A DNA stretch of 64,000 bases, from contig JAIVFI010000036.1 in the NCBI GenBank assembly GCA_025558095.1, positions 248,001 to 312,000 of the forward strand. Direction: 5' to 3'. Origin of the DNA: Hyaloraphidium curvatum SAG 235-1. Its lineage: Eukaryota > Fungi > Monoblepharomycota. The notes under the pieces are model-generated. The model saw only the letters and a list, made by a program, of their open reading frames with translations. It searched no databases and was not told the DNA's origin. Each line of letters begins with the position of its first letter. Positions within the stretch are counted from its first letter, which is position 1. This document shows positions 48,030-60,169 of the stretch, one piece after another. Position numbers and translations under genes: made by a program.

Positions 48030-50263
48030 CTAGAGCTTGGCCTTTTCCAGCCCGCCGTCGTCGTAGCCGGCCCTCAGCGCCGCCTTGTAGACCTCGTCCT
48101 TGAGCTCCCGCTTGAGGATCTTGCCCGACGCGTTCACTGGCAGCGGGTCCTTCCGGATCTCGACAAACGTTGGCACCATGAACGAAGCCATTGTCTTTCG
48201 GCAGTGTTCCTGGATGTCCTCGGCCTTCAGCTTGCCGTAGACGTCCTCGGTGACGCGCACCACGGCCGCGACGTTCTCGCCCAGCACGCGGTGCGGGATG
48301 CCGACGACGGCGCACTCGAAAACGCCGGGCTGCAGGCACCGCCTGTCAACGACGAAGGGCAGTTTGGCGAGGTCCACTCACAATCTCGTAGATGCGATTT
48401 TCCACCATGGCTGAGTAACAGTTCTCCCCTCCTCTGCATTTCCATGTGTCAGCTGTGGAGAGGCTCAGAGCGTACCAAAGTCCATACCGGATGATCATGT
48501 CCTTGATCCGATCCGAAACGTACCACAGCCCCTTCTCGTCGACCCTCCCGACGTCCCCCGTCTTGTACCACCCGTCTTCTGTGAACGCCTCGGCCGTCTT
48601 GGCCGGGTTGCGGAAGTAACCCTTGCACACCAAGGGGCCCCGCACCCAGATCTCCCCCAGGCTGCCCTGCGGGACGTCCTTGCCGTCCTCGTCCACGAGG
48701 CGGACGTCGTGCGTGGGGAAGGGGCGGCCCACGCTCGCGGGGTGGGCAGCGTACTCGGCGGCTGTGTTTCGGATGAAGGCTGCGTTGGTCTCGGTCATGC
48801 CGCTGCGATCGAGGTCAGCGGGGGCCAGCCGGGCGTCTCGCGGGCAACGTACTAGCCGTTGGCGGTGCTCGCCGTCGGCACCAGCCGCACGATCATCTTG
48901 GGCAGCGCTGCGGCCGCGGGTGCGCCGCCGGACCCGAGCACGGTCATGCTCGACAGGTCGAACTCCTTGAACCGCGGGTGCTCGAGGAGCTGCCAGACCT
49001 GCGTCGGCACGCCGGTCATCTGGTTTACACGCTCCTTCTGGATGATCTCGAGGGCGAGCAGGGGGTCCCACTGCGCAGCGGCGCGGCGGGGCGATCAGAC
49101 CAAGCGACGCATCGGCATGCGGCAACCGAACCTTGAAGCTGTAGATCGCTTTGCCGCCCCAGAAGGTCAGAGGCAGCGTGACACTCAAGCAAGCCGTGAT
49201 GTGGAACATGGGGGTCGGGACGAGGTACACACGGCCGCGGTTCGCGTCCCATGCGGGCGGCTTGCCTCCGGCGCGCAGAGCGTTGGCGTGCGCGCTGAAT
49301 TCCATATTGAGGATCACGGTGACCACCTGGCGGTGACTGCTCAGGGCTCCTTTTGGGTTTCCGGTCGCTGGCAGGCGAGAGAAGGTGTCAGAAAGGCGGC
49401 AAGGGCAAACATCAGAAGGAGTTGGCAAACGGCAGCAAAAGGACAACAGGATGGACTCACTGCCACTGGTGTAGAAGATTGTGCAATCTTGCTCTGGATC
49501 CACGACCTCCTCGGGCATCTCCACGTTCGGACCCGCCAGCAGGTCTTCGAAATCCAGGTCGGCCCACCGGCGCCTCTTGCCCGCATCCTCCGCGGCGCCG
49601 CTCCGGCAAAACACCACGTTCCGCACGCCCGCCGCCCGCACGTCGTCCTTGACCGCCGCGAGGCGGTCCTCCCTTTCAGGGTCGACGAAGAGCAGCGCGC
49701 AGCCAGAGTCCCGGATGCAGAAGAGGAGCTCGGGGGAGAGTAGCCACGCGTTGAAGGGCACGCAGACCAGGCCGATGGAGAGAGCGGCGAAGAAGACGAG
49801 GGGGAAGGAGACGTAGTTGCGCTGCCGACCCGGACACGCGACATGGCATCGTCGGCGCGGCGGGTTCGGAGCAAGGCATTAACCCCGGCATGGAGGGAGA
49901 CGGTGGTGGAAAATCAGCTCAAAGTCCGTCGCCGGAAGCTTTCCAGGAGCCCACCATGGCGATCCCGACCCTGTCTCCCTTCTTCAGCCCGAACCGGTGC
50001 CTCATTGCATAGGCGAGCTTCGCAACGACAACCCAGGCCTCCCCGTACGTCAAGGCCACCCTCGTCCGGTTCCCGTCCCCATAATAGACGATGTACTCCG
50101 ATCCGGGAGGGTGCGTTGCTGTGGCCTCCCAAACAGCACGGGCCGTGTGCGGTCCGCGTTTCCAGCAACGGAGGTTCCTGCGAGGACCGATGTCCCGCAC
50201 GTCGAACTCGAAGGGCCGGCCCGGGCCCGTGAGGTCGGGGAGAACTTCTTCCAGAGTTTTCAT
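48030..50263 (-). CDS. AMP-binding acyl-CoA ligase with peroxisomal signal AKL
   Basis: After splicing: IFYTSGxTGNPKG, YGMTET, GEIWVRGP, WYKTGDVG, DRIKDMIIRGGEN, LPVNASGKILK; ends KAKL*. Confidence 0.92.
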
Positions 50264-50376
50264 CGCGGGGCAAGAGTGGGCGGCAGGACCTTTTCCGGCC
50301 GTTTGCAGGGCAAGATTTGCAGTGCCCGGCGGCCCGGATTGAGCCGCGCCAAGGGGTTGACCGGACGTTCGTCAGC

Positions 50377-50439
50377 CCCCCGAATCCCCGCGGAGGGAGC
50401 CTCCAGTCGCCCCCGAATCCCCGCGGCGGGAGCCTCCAG
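50377..50439 (+). repeat. Two direct copies of a 30-bp unit (period 33) in the divergent ligase/FNT intergenic region
   Basis: CCCCCGAATCCCCGCGG(A/C)GGGAGCCTCCAG at 50377-50406 and 50410-50439. Confidence 0.85.
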
Positions 50440-50448
50440 GCATCCGCC

Positions 50449-51462
50449 ATGGAGCCCGCGCCCGCCTCCAACAACGGCGTCGATGTCAAACCCCATGTCG
50501 GGCTCTCCGGCGCGACCGCGGTCACCGTCTCTGCTTCGTTCGGCTCGACGACGGGCTCCGTTGCGCCTTCGTTCGTCGTCGACCCGCTCACCCAGGGAGC
50601 GCCAAAGACTGCGCGAGGGCGGTGGCAGGTCGCGACGTACACCACTCCCCACGACACGTTCGAGGCGCTGCTCGCGACGTCGGTTACGAAGGTGAACCAC
50701 TCACCTTGGGAAACCGTCGGACACGCGTTTCTGGCCGGCGCCTACATCGGGATCGGCGGGCTGTTCTCGCTGGTGTGCGGATGCCTTCCCGGGCTGGCGC
50801 AGAGCAATCCTGGACTCCAAAGGCTCATTTTCGGAGGCGTATTCCCCATCGGACTGCTGCTCATCGTCGTCACGGGGGCGGAACTCTTTACCTCAAACGT
50901 GCTTGTCTTCTCCGCGTGGATGGACTCGCGGATCCCCGCGCTCCGGTGCCTGTGGAACCTCGCTCTCGTCTGGGTCATGAATTTCGTGGGCGCACTGTGG
51001 CTTGCGGGGATGGTCTACTGGTCGCAGGTTCTTTCGGGACCGTACCTAGCCAACTCCCTGGATTATTTCGGTCACAAGGTCTCGCAACCGACGGACGTCG
51101 CCTTCTGCAAGGGAATAATGTGCAATTGGCTCGTCGCCTTGGCGATGTACTGCGCCTCCTCCGCACACGACCTGCCCGGGAAAGCCGTGGGCGTGTGGCC
51201 GCCCATCGCGGCGTTCGTTGCGATCGGCTTCGACCATTGCGTTGCCAACATGTTCTTCCTGCCACTCGGCCTGTTCCTCGGCGCGGACTACAACGCGGGC
51301 CAGATGCTCTACCGGAACATCCTGCCCGTCACCGCCGGCAACATGATCGGATCGATGCTCGTCAGCGTCGTCTATTCGTTCCTGGAGAGGAAGACGCGCT
51401 GGCAGAAGAAGGCGGTCGCACCGGTGCCGGAGAGGAGCTGCACGGCGCACATGGCTAGTTGA
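50449..51462 (+). CDS. Formate/nitrite transporter (FNT family), intronless
   Basis: AFLAGAYIG, VFPIGL, GAELFTSN, NFVGA, KGIMCNWLV, FVAIGFDHCVANMF, GNMIG. Confidence 0.94.
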   Translation: MEPAPASNNGVDVKPHVGLSGATAVTVSASFGSTTGSVAPSFVVDPLTQGAPKTARGRWQVATYTTPHDTFEALLATSVTKVNHSPWETVGHAFLAGAYIGIGGLFSLVCGCLPGLAQSNPGLQRLIFGGVFPIGLLLIVVTGAELFTSNVLVFSAWMDSRIPALRCLWNLALVWVMNFVGALWLAGMVYWSQVLSGPYLANSLDYFGHKVSQPTDVAFCKGIMCNWLVALAMYCASSAHDLPGKAVGVWPPIAAFVAIGFDHCVANMFFLPLGLFLGADYNAGQMLYRNILPVTAGNMIGSMLVSVVYSFLERKTRWQKKAVAPVPERSCTAHMAS

Positions 51463-51582
51463 TTATCGGGCTCTGTTCTTGCTCCGACAAATCTTGTTTA
51501 TTGCCTGCTCGGCGACGAATTTCCATCCTTCCGCCACATCCGCCAACCGTGCCCGGTCCAGCTCACTTCACCAACCCCGCGC

Positions 51583-52495
51583 CTAGAGTCCGAAACTGCT
51601 CTTGATGACCTCGGCAGCCGCCGCGTATGCTTCGGTCCTCAGCTGCTCCGCCTTGCTCCCCTTCTTCGCCATTTTGTCCCACGCATGCGGCATCCCCGGC
51701 ATCATCATGTACCGCACGTTCCTCTTGCCGTCCTTGAGCCGCTCTGCCAGCTGCTCAGCCTCGGCTACCAGGTTGTCGCACGCCACCGTGATGATCAGGA
51801 CGTTGGGCGGGAACAAGGCCGGGTCAGCAAAAGACGGCGACAGACGGGGGTCCTTGAGGTCCGTGCCAAGAGGGATGTATGAGGTATCAAACACGCGCTC
51901 CATGTCAGGAGGCATGTGCGGGATCGTATCGTCGGGCGCGACCTTGCTCGCGGGGTCGGCCGAAAGGTCCGTCACCGGGTAAATGGCTATCACCGCCTTG
52001 ATAGACGAGTGGTCGATTTCGCCCACCGACGACACGACCAGCGAGAGATTGCCCCCGGCGCTGAACCCCGAGACGGCCAGCCTCGAGGTGTCGAAAACAT
52101 CGGGCTGCGAGAGCACCCAGTTCACGGCGTCCTCGACGTCGTGGACCGCCGACGGCCACTGGTGTTCCGGTCCCTTGCGGTAATCGGAGTCCACGACGAC
52201 GATTCCGCATTCTTCGGCCATTTGCCTCGCGAACAGGTCGTCGCTCCCAAACATGTCGAAGATGAAACCAGAGCCGTGCCAATTGAGCAAAACCGGTACT
52301 TGGCATCCTTAGCCGCGCCCTTGGGGCGGTAGATGTTGGCGCGGATCGTCCGCCCCGCTTCCCGGGACGGGATGTGGGTTGCCTCGTCCGGCGCCGGGCC
52401 AAGGCGTTTGCCGGTCTGGGGTAAGCCAGAGGGTAAAGAGCCCGCACGGCGTTGGCCGCGGCCTGCAAGAGGCGCTTGTAGTCGTCGTGGGACAT
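51583..52495 (-). CDS. HSL-family alpha/beta hydrolase (esterase); two apparent 1-nt frameshifts in the 5' part
   Basis: LNWHGSGF, DYRKGPEH.WP, GFSAGG nucleophile motif, SP, D and H catalytic residues. Frames break at ~52398 and ~52295. Confidence 0.8.
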
Positions 52496-52614
52496 CGTGG
52501 GTCAATGTCTCCCTTATCGATTGCCTGTGGCAAAGTTATAGTGGGACCGCCGTCATCGAATACCGTCGATTCTATCGGTTGCCTACAACAGATGATCGTT
52601 CAGCTCTCCCATCA

Positions 52615-53661
52615 TCACTTGGAGCAGTCCTGCTTGTGCTCGGGCCAGTGTGCCTTCTGGCAGGCCGGTCCGCTACGTCATCCAAAACATCAACAACTCG
52701 CAGACGCAAACGAGGCTGTTATCCCCACCAGTACCAAGCGCCCTTGCACCGCGAGCACCTCTTCATCTCCCTCAGTGGGTCCGGCTTCGAATTCTGCGTG
52801 CAGTCGGGGTAGGAGCAAACGATCGACACCTTGCGCGACACCTTGCAGCTCTTCCTTCCGCAGGCTTCGCAGTCGTGGTGTCCGGCGGCAGAGACACTGA
52901 GCACCGACAGCTTCAGGGCCGCCTTGCCGCACTTCGAATCCTCGTAGATCGGAAGCACATGAAACACGAGATCAAGGAACCGCTTGCCGGTCTTCAGTTT
53001 CTTCTTGCTGAAGGTCGCGGCAAGCTTGACGGCCTCCGACCGGCAAAATGCACATTCTTCCTCTTCGAACTCAATGATCACGCGGTGCAGCTGCTTCCGT
53101 GCCATTTGCTCCGCAAGCTTTGCAGCTTCTGCGTTTTCGTCGTCAAGGACAGCGTCGATCGGCAGATTCATTTCAGAGAAGGGATCGGGGTCGCTTTCTG
53201 TGGGCATGCCAAGTGCGGCTCCAAAAGGAATGGAGTACACGCGAGGAGGCGGCATGTCGTTCTTCCTTGAGGAGCTTCCCGCCGAAAAGGTTCCGCATGC
53301 GTTCGACCCGTTCTCCGCAGGCACTGTGGATGTCGCCTTTGCACGCAGGCCAGGAAAAAGTCACGATCGTATCGTTTCGCGCGTCGGTCCACGTGAAGCA
53401 GACCCAGGGCACGGCGCCGCCGGCGGGAAGGTAGCCGATCCTCTCGCTGCAAGCAAGGCACAGGCATTCCGAAGGCGCGAGCGACTCGAACGCGTCCTCC
53501 TGGAGACGGAGCTGAAGCGACTCGACTTTTGCGCGAATGGCATCGGTTAAGGCGGTCACGGCGAGCGCCCCCTTGGGCAGCTGCGCGAGCAGCTTCCGGG
53601 ACGGCGAGACGGGAACCCAAGCGTCGCGGGCGGCGCTGGCGAACCAGAGAACGAACTTCAT
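52615..53661 (-). CDS. MYND-type zinc-finger protein; apparent frameshift near 53268
   Basis: MKRCSRCKGAWYC|GPACQKAHWPEHKQDCSK* across an intron. The ATG-led frame (53661) and the downstream frame differ at CTCAAGGAAGAAC. Confidence 0.7.
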
Positions 53662-54091
53662 TCTGGCGGCGCGAGGAGTAACGGAAGTGGGGTGCGAGCT
53701 GGGAACGGTTGTGAAAAGAAAACGTCGAGTATAATGATGAGCGCATCATCATCTTTCTTCATCTCATCGAATCTAACAATCGTATCTACAAATCAGATCT
53801 ACTCTCCCATCACTTTGAAAGAATAATCCTGCTCGAGCTCAGGTGCCTGTCGGAGGCAGAACTAGGTTGGCACGCGGTGCCGGGAGCGATTGGACAGAGA
53901 GCTGACGTAGCGGCCTCCAGCATTCCTCCGCGCGCGAACCGCACCAGTTCAATATCAGCAGGTATTTGATTTAGCTACAATTGTCGGTATCGGAGATATA
54001 TACAGGGCGCGCGCCTTGCGATCGACGTGCGCGGCGCGGCGTCGCTCTTCCCCCCGTCGAGGGCGTCACGGATGTGTCAGAATCGATCCGA

Positions 54092-56390
54092 TCACATGGA
54101 GGCGACCGCAAAGACCACGGCCACCAGCATCGCCCGCACGGCGACGGTCGCTCTGGATGCGCCGCTCGGCTGCGACTGCGGGAGCGCGGTCGTCTTGGGC
54201 GGCACCGCCGTCTCGGTCGGGTTCGGCCCGGGCGTCACCGTCTCAAGCCCCGGGCACGACGAGTTGGCCTGCACGCCGGCGATCGCCACGTCCCTGGCCG
54301 ACTTGCACCACCCCGACGAAAGCTGCTCGCAGCGGTACCCCATCTCCCCGCGCGGATCCGGCTGCGGCTCGCCCGCGGCGAGCTTGCTGCACCCTCCTCC
54401 CTCGTACCACGAGCATTTCGTGCGGTCCGGGCCCTGGCACTGCACCGTGCCGCCGTTCTTGGGGTCCCCGAGCGCGCGGACCTTGACCGAGTTGCCCTTG
54501 AGGTCGCACATGCGCATGCAGATCCACGGGCCGGCGGCGGGGCAGCCCTGGTCCACGGGGGCGCCGGCCAGCAGCACCGTGGCGGCGGTGCCGCACCATC
54601 CGAGCGTGTTCTGGGTGCAGGCGACGCCGCCGCCCTGAAGGGGCGCGGCCTCTCCGGGGGCCAGCTTGGTGCAGTTGGCGTCCTCGTACCACGAGCAGGC
54701 GGTCGAGTTGGGGCCGTTGCAGGCGATCTTCAGCGGGTCCATGCTGAGCAGCCGCGCGGGGACGTAGTGCCCCAGGTCCTCGCACGAGCGCACGCACTTG
54801 GGTTCCTCGCTAACGGGCGGCCGCGCCGGGACGGGAGGGGGAAGCTGCGTGCCGTCGAGGCCGCAGGGCACGATGTCGGGGTTGGAGGAGGCGCAGTTCT
54901 CGTCGTAGAAGCCGACGTCGTAGGCCCAGCAGACGCGGTTCTCCTCGCTCTGGATGCGGCACTCCTGGAAGGTGCTCGGGCCGCAGCACCAGCTGCCGTC
55001 GTCGCGCTTGTACGCGTTCCGGACGAGGAGCGGCAGGGGCCCAGTGAAGCCGTTGCCGGCGATCTTGAGCGAGTAGAGCTGGGGTAGCTGGGCGAGCTCC
55101 GGGATCGGGCCGGTCAGCCTGTTGTTGGTGAGATCGATGTTGTTCAGGTTGGGCATGGTGGTGAGGAATTTGGGGAAGCCGCCAGAGAGCTTGTTCTTGG
55201 CGACGTCAAAGTAGTCCATTCCCCGGAGCAGGTTCAGGCCGCCCTCGGGGAGGTTGATGTCCCCGGTTAGGCCCTGCGTCGCGAGGTTGTGCACGTGATT
55301 GATCCATCCGTTGCTGCAACAAAGGGAGATGCCTGTCGTGGGATCCAGGCGACGTCAGCAACGCCGATGCATCCAATCCGACCGCTGAACTCACTCTTGC
55401 CGCCCTGACAGCAGTTCGCGCCCTCGTCCCACAGCGCCTTTGCATCATACCCGTGGAATATGAGCCACGAGCGGAGCTGGTTGCACTGGGCGGCGGTGAC
55501 CTGGTCGCCGGCGGGCGTGCCGTAGCCCATGGGCTGCAACGGCTGCGGCCAGCCGGGTACCGCCCCCGAGGGCGCCTGCCCCGTGCACGTGACCAGCCCG
55601 TTGCCACACGAAGGGGCCGCCGCGGACCAGTCCGAGACGGGGAACCTGCACACCCCCGGGTTGGGCGCGGTCTTGCACTCCGTCAGGTTGGCCGGCATGG
55701 CGGGCAAATAGCCCTGCAGCTTGGTGTTGGAAATGTCCAGCGACCTCAGGCTGGGCAGCTGGATGTCGAGCCGGGGCAGCTGCCCCGACAGCCCCGTCCT
55801 CGAGAGGTTCACGGCCTGCAGCGTGCCCGCCCGCGAAAGCCACCGCGGGAACGTCCCCGTGAGCCTCGTGTTGCCCGACAGGTCGACCGACGTCCACCCG
55901 TGCAGCGGTTTCCCGAGCGCGGCGTCGGTGACCCCCTGGTCGACGAAGCCGTAGTCCGACAGCGGGCCGACGAGCTCGTCGGGGCCCCAGGTGATGGTCT
56001 CGAGGATGCCCTGGTTGCAGGTGATTTTGCGGACGGTGGTGGCGTCCGAGGCGTCGTAGTTGCAGCAGCCTGCGAGGCGGGGGAGCGGGTGAGTGGGGGC
56101 GGCCCGGGGACGGGGGAGGGGGGCGCACCTTCGGGCGGCAGCGGGGACTTGTTCTCCCAGAGGAGCCGCGACGGCACCCCGTGGTTGTTCAGGAAGCGGG
56201 CCACGGGGGCGCACTTGTTGTACCAGAATGCTTGGTAGGCGCTCTGCCGCTTCTCCAGGCGCGGCGCCGGCGAGTCGGCGGCGGGGGCGACCGGCGAGGC
56301 GGAGGAGGCGAGCGGGGCCGCGAGCAGCGCGGCGGCGAGCAGAGCGCAAAGAGCGGGCGGGATCCGGCCGCTGCGTAGGCGGGCGGACAT
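54092..56390 (-). CDS. Secreted, probably GPI-anchored LRR protein with Cys-rich repeats, copy 1
   Basis: Signal peptide, LEKR/Q, two plant-type LRR blocks (VDLSGN.LTGTFP, LDISNTKLQGYLP, IDLTNNRLTGPIP), two Cys/Trp repeats, S/T/P stalk, hydrophobic C-terminus; two introns. Confidence 0.85.
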
Positions 56391-59300
56391 GTTGCGTAGT
56401 TTGGTTTCGGTGGGTATCGTCCGAGTGAATGCGGAATGTGATGGGATGTGGGAGTCACGCCGAGCTGCTTTTGAGGTCCGGATCCCGTGGCGAAGCAGGG
56501 TGACTCCCACGTCAAGTCGGCAAGATCCCGCGCCCTACAAGCACGCTTGCGCACCCGAAACGGTTCATCACCAACCGTCGGGTATCGCCGGCAATGTTTT
56601 GTCGGCCGGCCGGCGGAACGGATGCATTCCCGCGGGTGACCAACGGGGCTGCCGCTGACAGGGCCACGCTGGGCCACGCTGTGCTGCACAGGCCGACGGA
56701 TGGCGAAACCGACCGCAGGCAAGTGCCTCGGCTTTGCCCGAAAGGGGACGGCGTCCGGAAGGGGATGGGCGACCTGTTCGCGGCGCTGGGTGGCGGGGGC
56801 CGCCGAGTATTTCGCGGGGACGGGGTCTGCGCCAAGTCGTGACCGGCTCCGACGCCCTGCTCGGGCCAAGACGGAATGCAACGACAGTTTACTCGCCGCA
56901 CGCGATATATTGGCCGTCCGAACTGCGCCCGCCCAATAAACCCAACCAACACGGCAGCCTCCTGCGTTACCACTTTACGCACGGACGGCAGACCGTCGGC
57001 ATCTGCACCCTTCGATACTACTTTAGACCCCCCAGTGGAACCAGATGCTGCACGCGCGAGCGGCATTCTGTCGGAGAACGCGGGGTCAGCCCCGCCCCAC
57101 CTGGTCACATCAAGGCAAGCGCAAAGACCACGGCCACCAGCATCGCCCGCGCGGCAACGGTCGCTCTGGATGCGCCGCTCGGCTGCGACTGCGGGAGCGC
57201 GGTCGTCTTGGGCGGCACCGCCGTCTCGGTCGGGTTCGGCCCGGGCGTCACCGTCTCAAGCCCCGGGCACGACGAGTTGGCCTGCACGCCGGCGATCGCC
57301 ACGTCCCTGGCCGACTTGCACCACCCCGACGAAAGCTGCTCGCAGCGGTACCCCATCTCCCCGCGCGGATCCGGCTGCGGCTCGCCCGCGGCGAGCTTGC
57401 TGCACCCTCCTCCCTCGTACCACGAGCATTTCGTGCGGTCCGGGCCCTGGCACTGCACCGTGCCGCCGTTCTTGGGGTCCCCGAGCGCGCGGACCTTGAC
57501 CGAGTTGCCCTTGAGGTCGCACATGCGCATGCAGATCCACGGGCCGGCGGCGGGGCAGCCCTGGTCCACGGGGGCGCCGGCCAGCAGCACCGTGGCGGCG
57601 GTGCCGCACCATCCGAGCGTGTTCTGGGTGCAGGCGACGCCGCCGCCCTGAAGGGGCGCGGCCTCTCCGGGGGCCAGCTTGGTGCAGTTGGCGTCCTCGT
57701 ACCACGAGCAGGCGGTCGAGTTGGGGCCGTTGCAGGCGATCTTCAGCGGGTCCATGCTGAGCAGCCGCGCGGGGACGTAGTGCCCCAGGTCCTCGCACGA
57801 GCGCACGCACTTGGGCTCCTCGCTCACGGTCGGCCGCGCCGGGACGGGAGGGGGAAGCTGCGTGCCGTCGAGGCCGCAGGGCACGATGTCCGGGTTGGAG
57901 GAGGCGCAGTTCTCGTCGTAGAAGCCGACGTCGTAGGCCCAGCACAGGCGGTTCTCCTCGCTCTGGATCCGGCACTCCTGGAAGGTGCTCGGGCCGCAGC
58001 ACCAGCTGCCGTCGTCGTTCTTGTACGCATTGCGGATGAGGAGCGGAAGGGCGCCCGTGAAGCCGTTGCCGGCGATCTTGAGCGAGTAGAGCTGCGGGAG
58101 CTGGCCGAGCTCCGGGATCGGGCCGGTCATCCTGTTGCTGGTGAGGTCAAGCATGGCCAGGTTGGACATGGTGGTGACGAATTTGGGGAAGCCCCCGGAG
58201 AGCTTGTTCTTGGAGAGGTCGAGCCCTTGCAGGCCTCTGAGCAAGCTCAGGCCGCCCTCGGGGAGGTTGATGTCGCCCGACAGGCCCTGCGACGAAAGAC
58301 CTTGCATGCCTGCGATCCAGCCGTTGTTGCACCACACGTAGAGGTCTGTCGCGGGACCGGCGACGTGAGCGGCGAATCGGTAGTCCATCACAGGCGGGAC
58401 CCACCTCCTTTGTACCCGCGGTTGCAGCAGTTTGCGCCTTCAGCCCACAGCATCGCCGCGTCGTACCCGTGATACACAAGCCACGAGCGGAGCTGGTTGC
58501 ACTGGGCGGCGGTGACCTGGTCGCCGGCGGGCGTGCCGTAGCCCATGGGCTGCAACGGCTGCGGCCAGCCGGGTACCGCCCCCGAGGGCGCCTGCCCCGT
58601 GCACGTGACCAGCCCGTTGCCACACGAAGGGGCCGCCGCGGACCAGTCCGAGACGGGGAACCTGCACACCCCCGGGTTGGGCGCGGTCTTGCACTCCGTC
58701 AGGTTGGCCGGCATGGCGGGCAAGTAGCCCTGCAGCTTGGTGTTGGAAATGTCCAGCGACCTCAGGTTGGGCAGCTGGATGTCGAGCCGGGGCAGCTGCC
58801 CCGACAGCCCCGTCCTCGAGAGGTTCACCGCCTGCAGCGTCCCCGCGCGGGAAAGCCACCGCGGGAACGTCCCCGTGAGCCTCGTGTTGCCCGACAGGTC
58901 GACCGACGTCCACCCGTGCAGCGGTTTCCCGAGCGCGGCGTCGGTGACCCCCTGGTCGACGAAGCCGTAGTCCGACAGCGGGCCGACGAGCTCGTCGGGG
59001 CCCCAGGTGATGGTCTCGAGGATGCCCTGGTTGCAGGTGATTTTGCGGACGGTGGTGGCGTCCGAGGCGTCGTAGTTGCAGCAGCCTGCGAGGCGGGGGA
59101 GCGGGTGAGTGAAGATGGCCCGGGGACGGGGGAGCGCGGCGCACCTTCGGGCGGCAGCGGGGACTTGCTCTCCCAGAGGAGCCGCGACGGCACCCCGTGG
59201 TTGTTCAGGAAGCGGGCCACGGGGGCACACTTGTTGTACCAGAATGCCTGGTAAGCGCTCTGCCGCTTCTCCAGGCGCGGCGCCGGCGAGTCGGCGGCGG

Positions 59301-59890
59301 GGGCGACCGGCGAGGCGGAGGAGGCGAGCGGGGCCGCGAGCAGCGCGGCGGCGAGCAGCGCGCAAAGAGCGAGCGGGATCCGGCCGCTGTGTAGGCGGGC
59401 GGACATGGTATGCGGTTTGTTTGCGGTGGGAATCGTTGAATGAGTGCGGAATGTGATGGGATGTGGGAGTCACGCCCGGGGTGCTTTTGAGGTCCGGATC
59501 CCGTGGCTAAGCAGGGTGACTCCCCCGCGCAGTCGGCGAGATCCCGCGCACAACGTGCACGCTTCCGCGCCCGAAACAATCCATCACCCACGTTCAGGCA
59601 TCCCCGGCAATGTCTCGTCGGCCGGCCGGCGGAACGGATGCATCCCCGCGGGCGGCCGACGGGGCTGCCGCTGACAGGGCCACGCTGTGCTGACTGCACA
59701 GGCCGACGGATGGGGCAATTGCCGCTCGTGCCGAGCCGGGCGTTGCCGAATCGGGCCGGCGCCTGTCCGGAAGCCGATGGGCTGGCGGCGGCCCGGGTCG
59801 CGGCGCGGGAGACGGGTGTCGCCGAGGAGCAGCGGGACTGGGTTTTCCCCCGAGTCGCGACGCGTACCATGCCCTCCTCGGGCCAAGACG
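54108..59890. repeat. Tandem ~3.0-kb segmental duplication (54108-~56875 and 57121-~59890)
   Basis: Direct match at an offset of ~3,013-3,016 bp, covering the CDS and ~480 bp of upstream region. Confidence 0.95.
57105..59406 (-). CDS. Secreted, probably GPI-anchored LRR protein with Cys-rich repeats, copy 2
   Basis: Near-identical to 54092-56390 with the same intron positions. Confidence 0.85.
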
Positions 59891-60169
59891 GGCTCCGACG
59901 GCAGCCAATCGAAAGCTCTGCACGCATATATTAGCCAACCGAAGCGCACTCGATGAATCCCGACCGGCAGCCTCCGACCTTCCCGCCCGCGACTCCACAA
60001 CCCCGCACCTCCACCCGCCAAATGCCCCCCACCCTCCCCATCAATCCACGACCCCGCCGGCATCGGAGCGGTCCCACACGCGCGGTGACCTGCCGGGGAA
60101 CGCGGCATCAGTCCCCAAACCCCCTGGCAGACACACGCCCCTCCGCGACCCACCGCCGCGCCGATTCCT

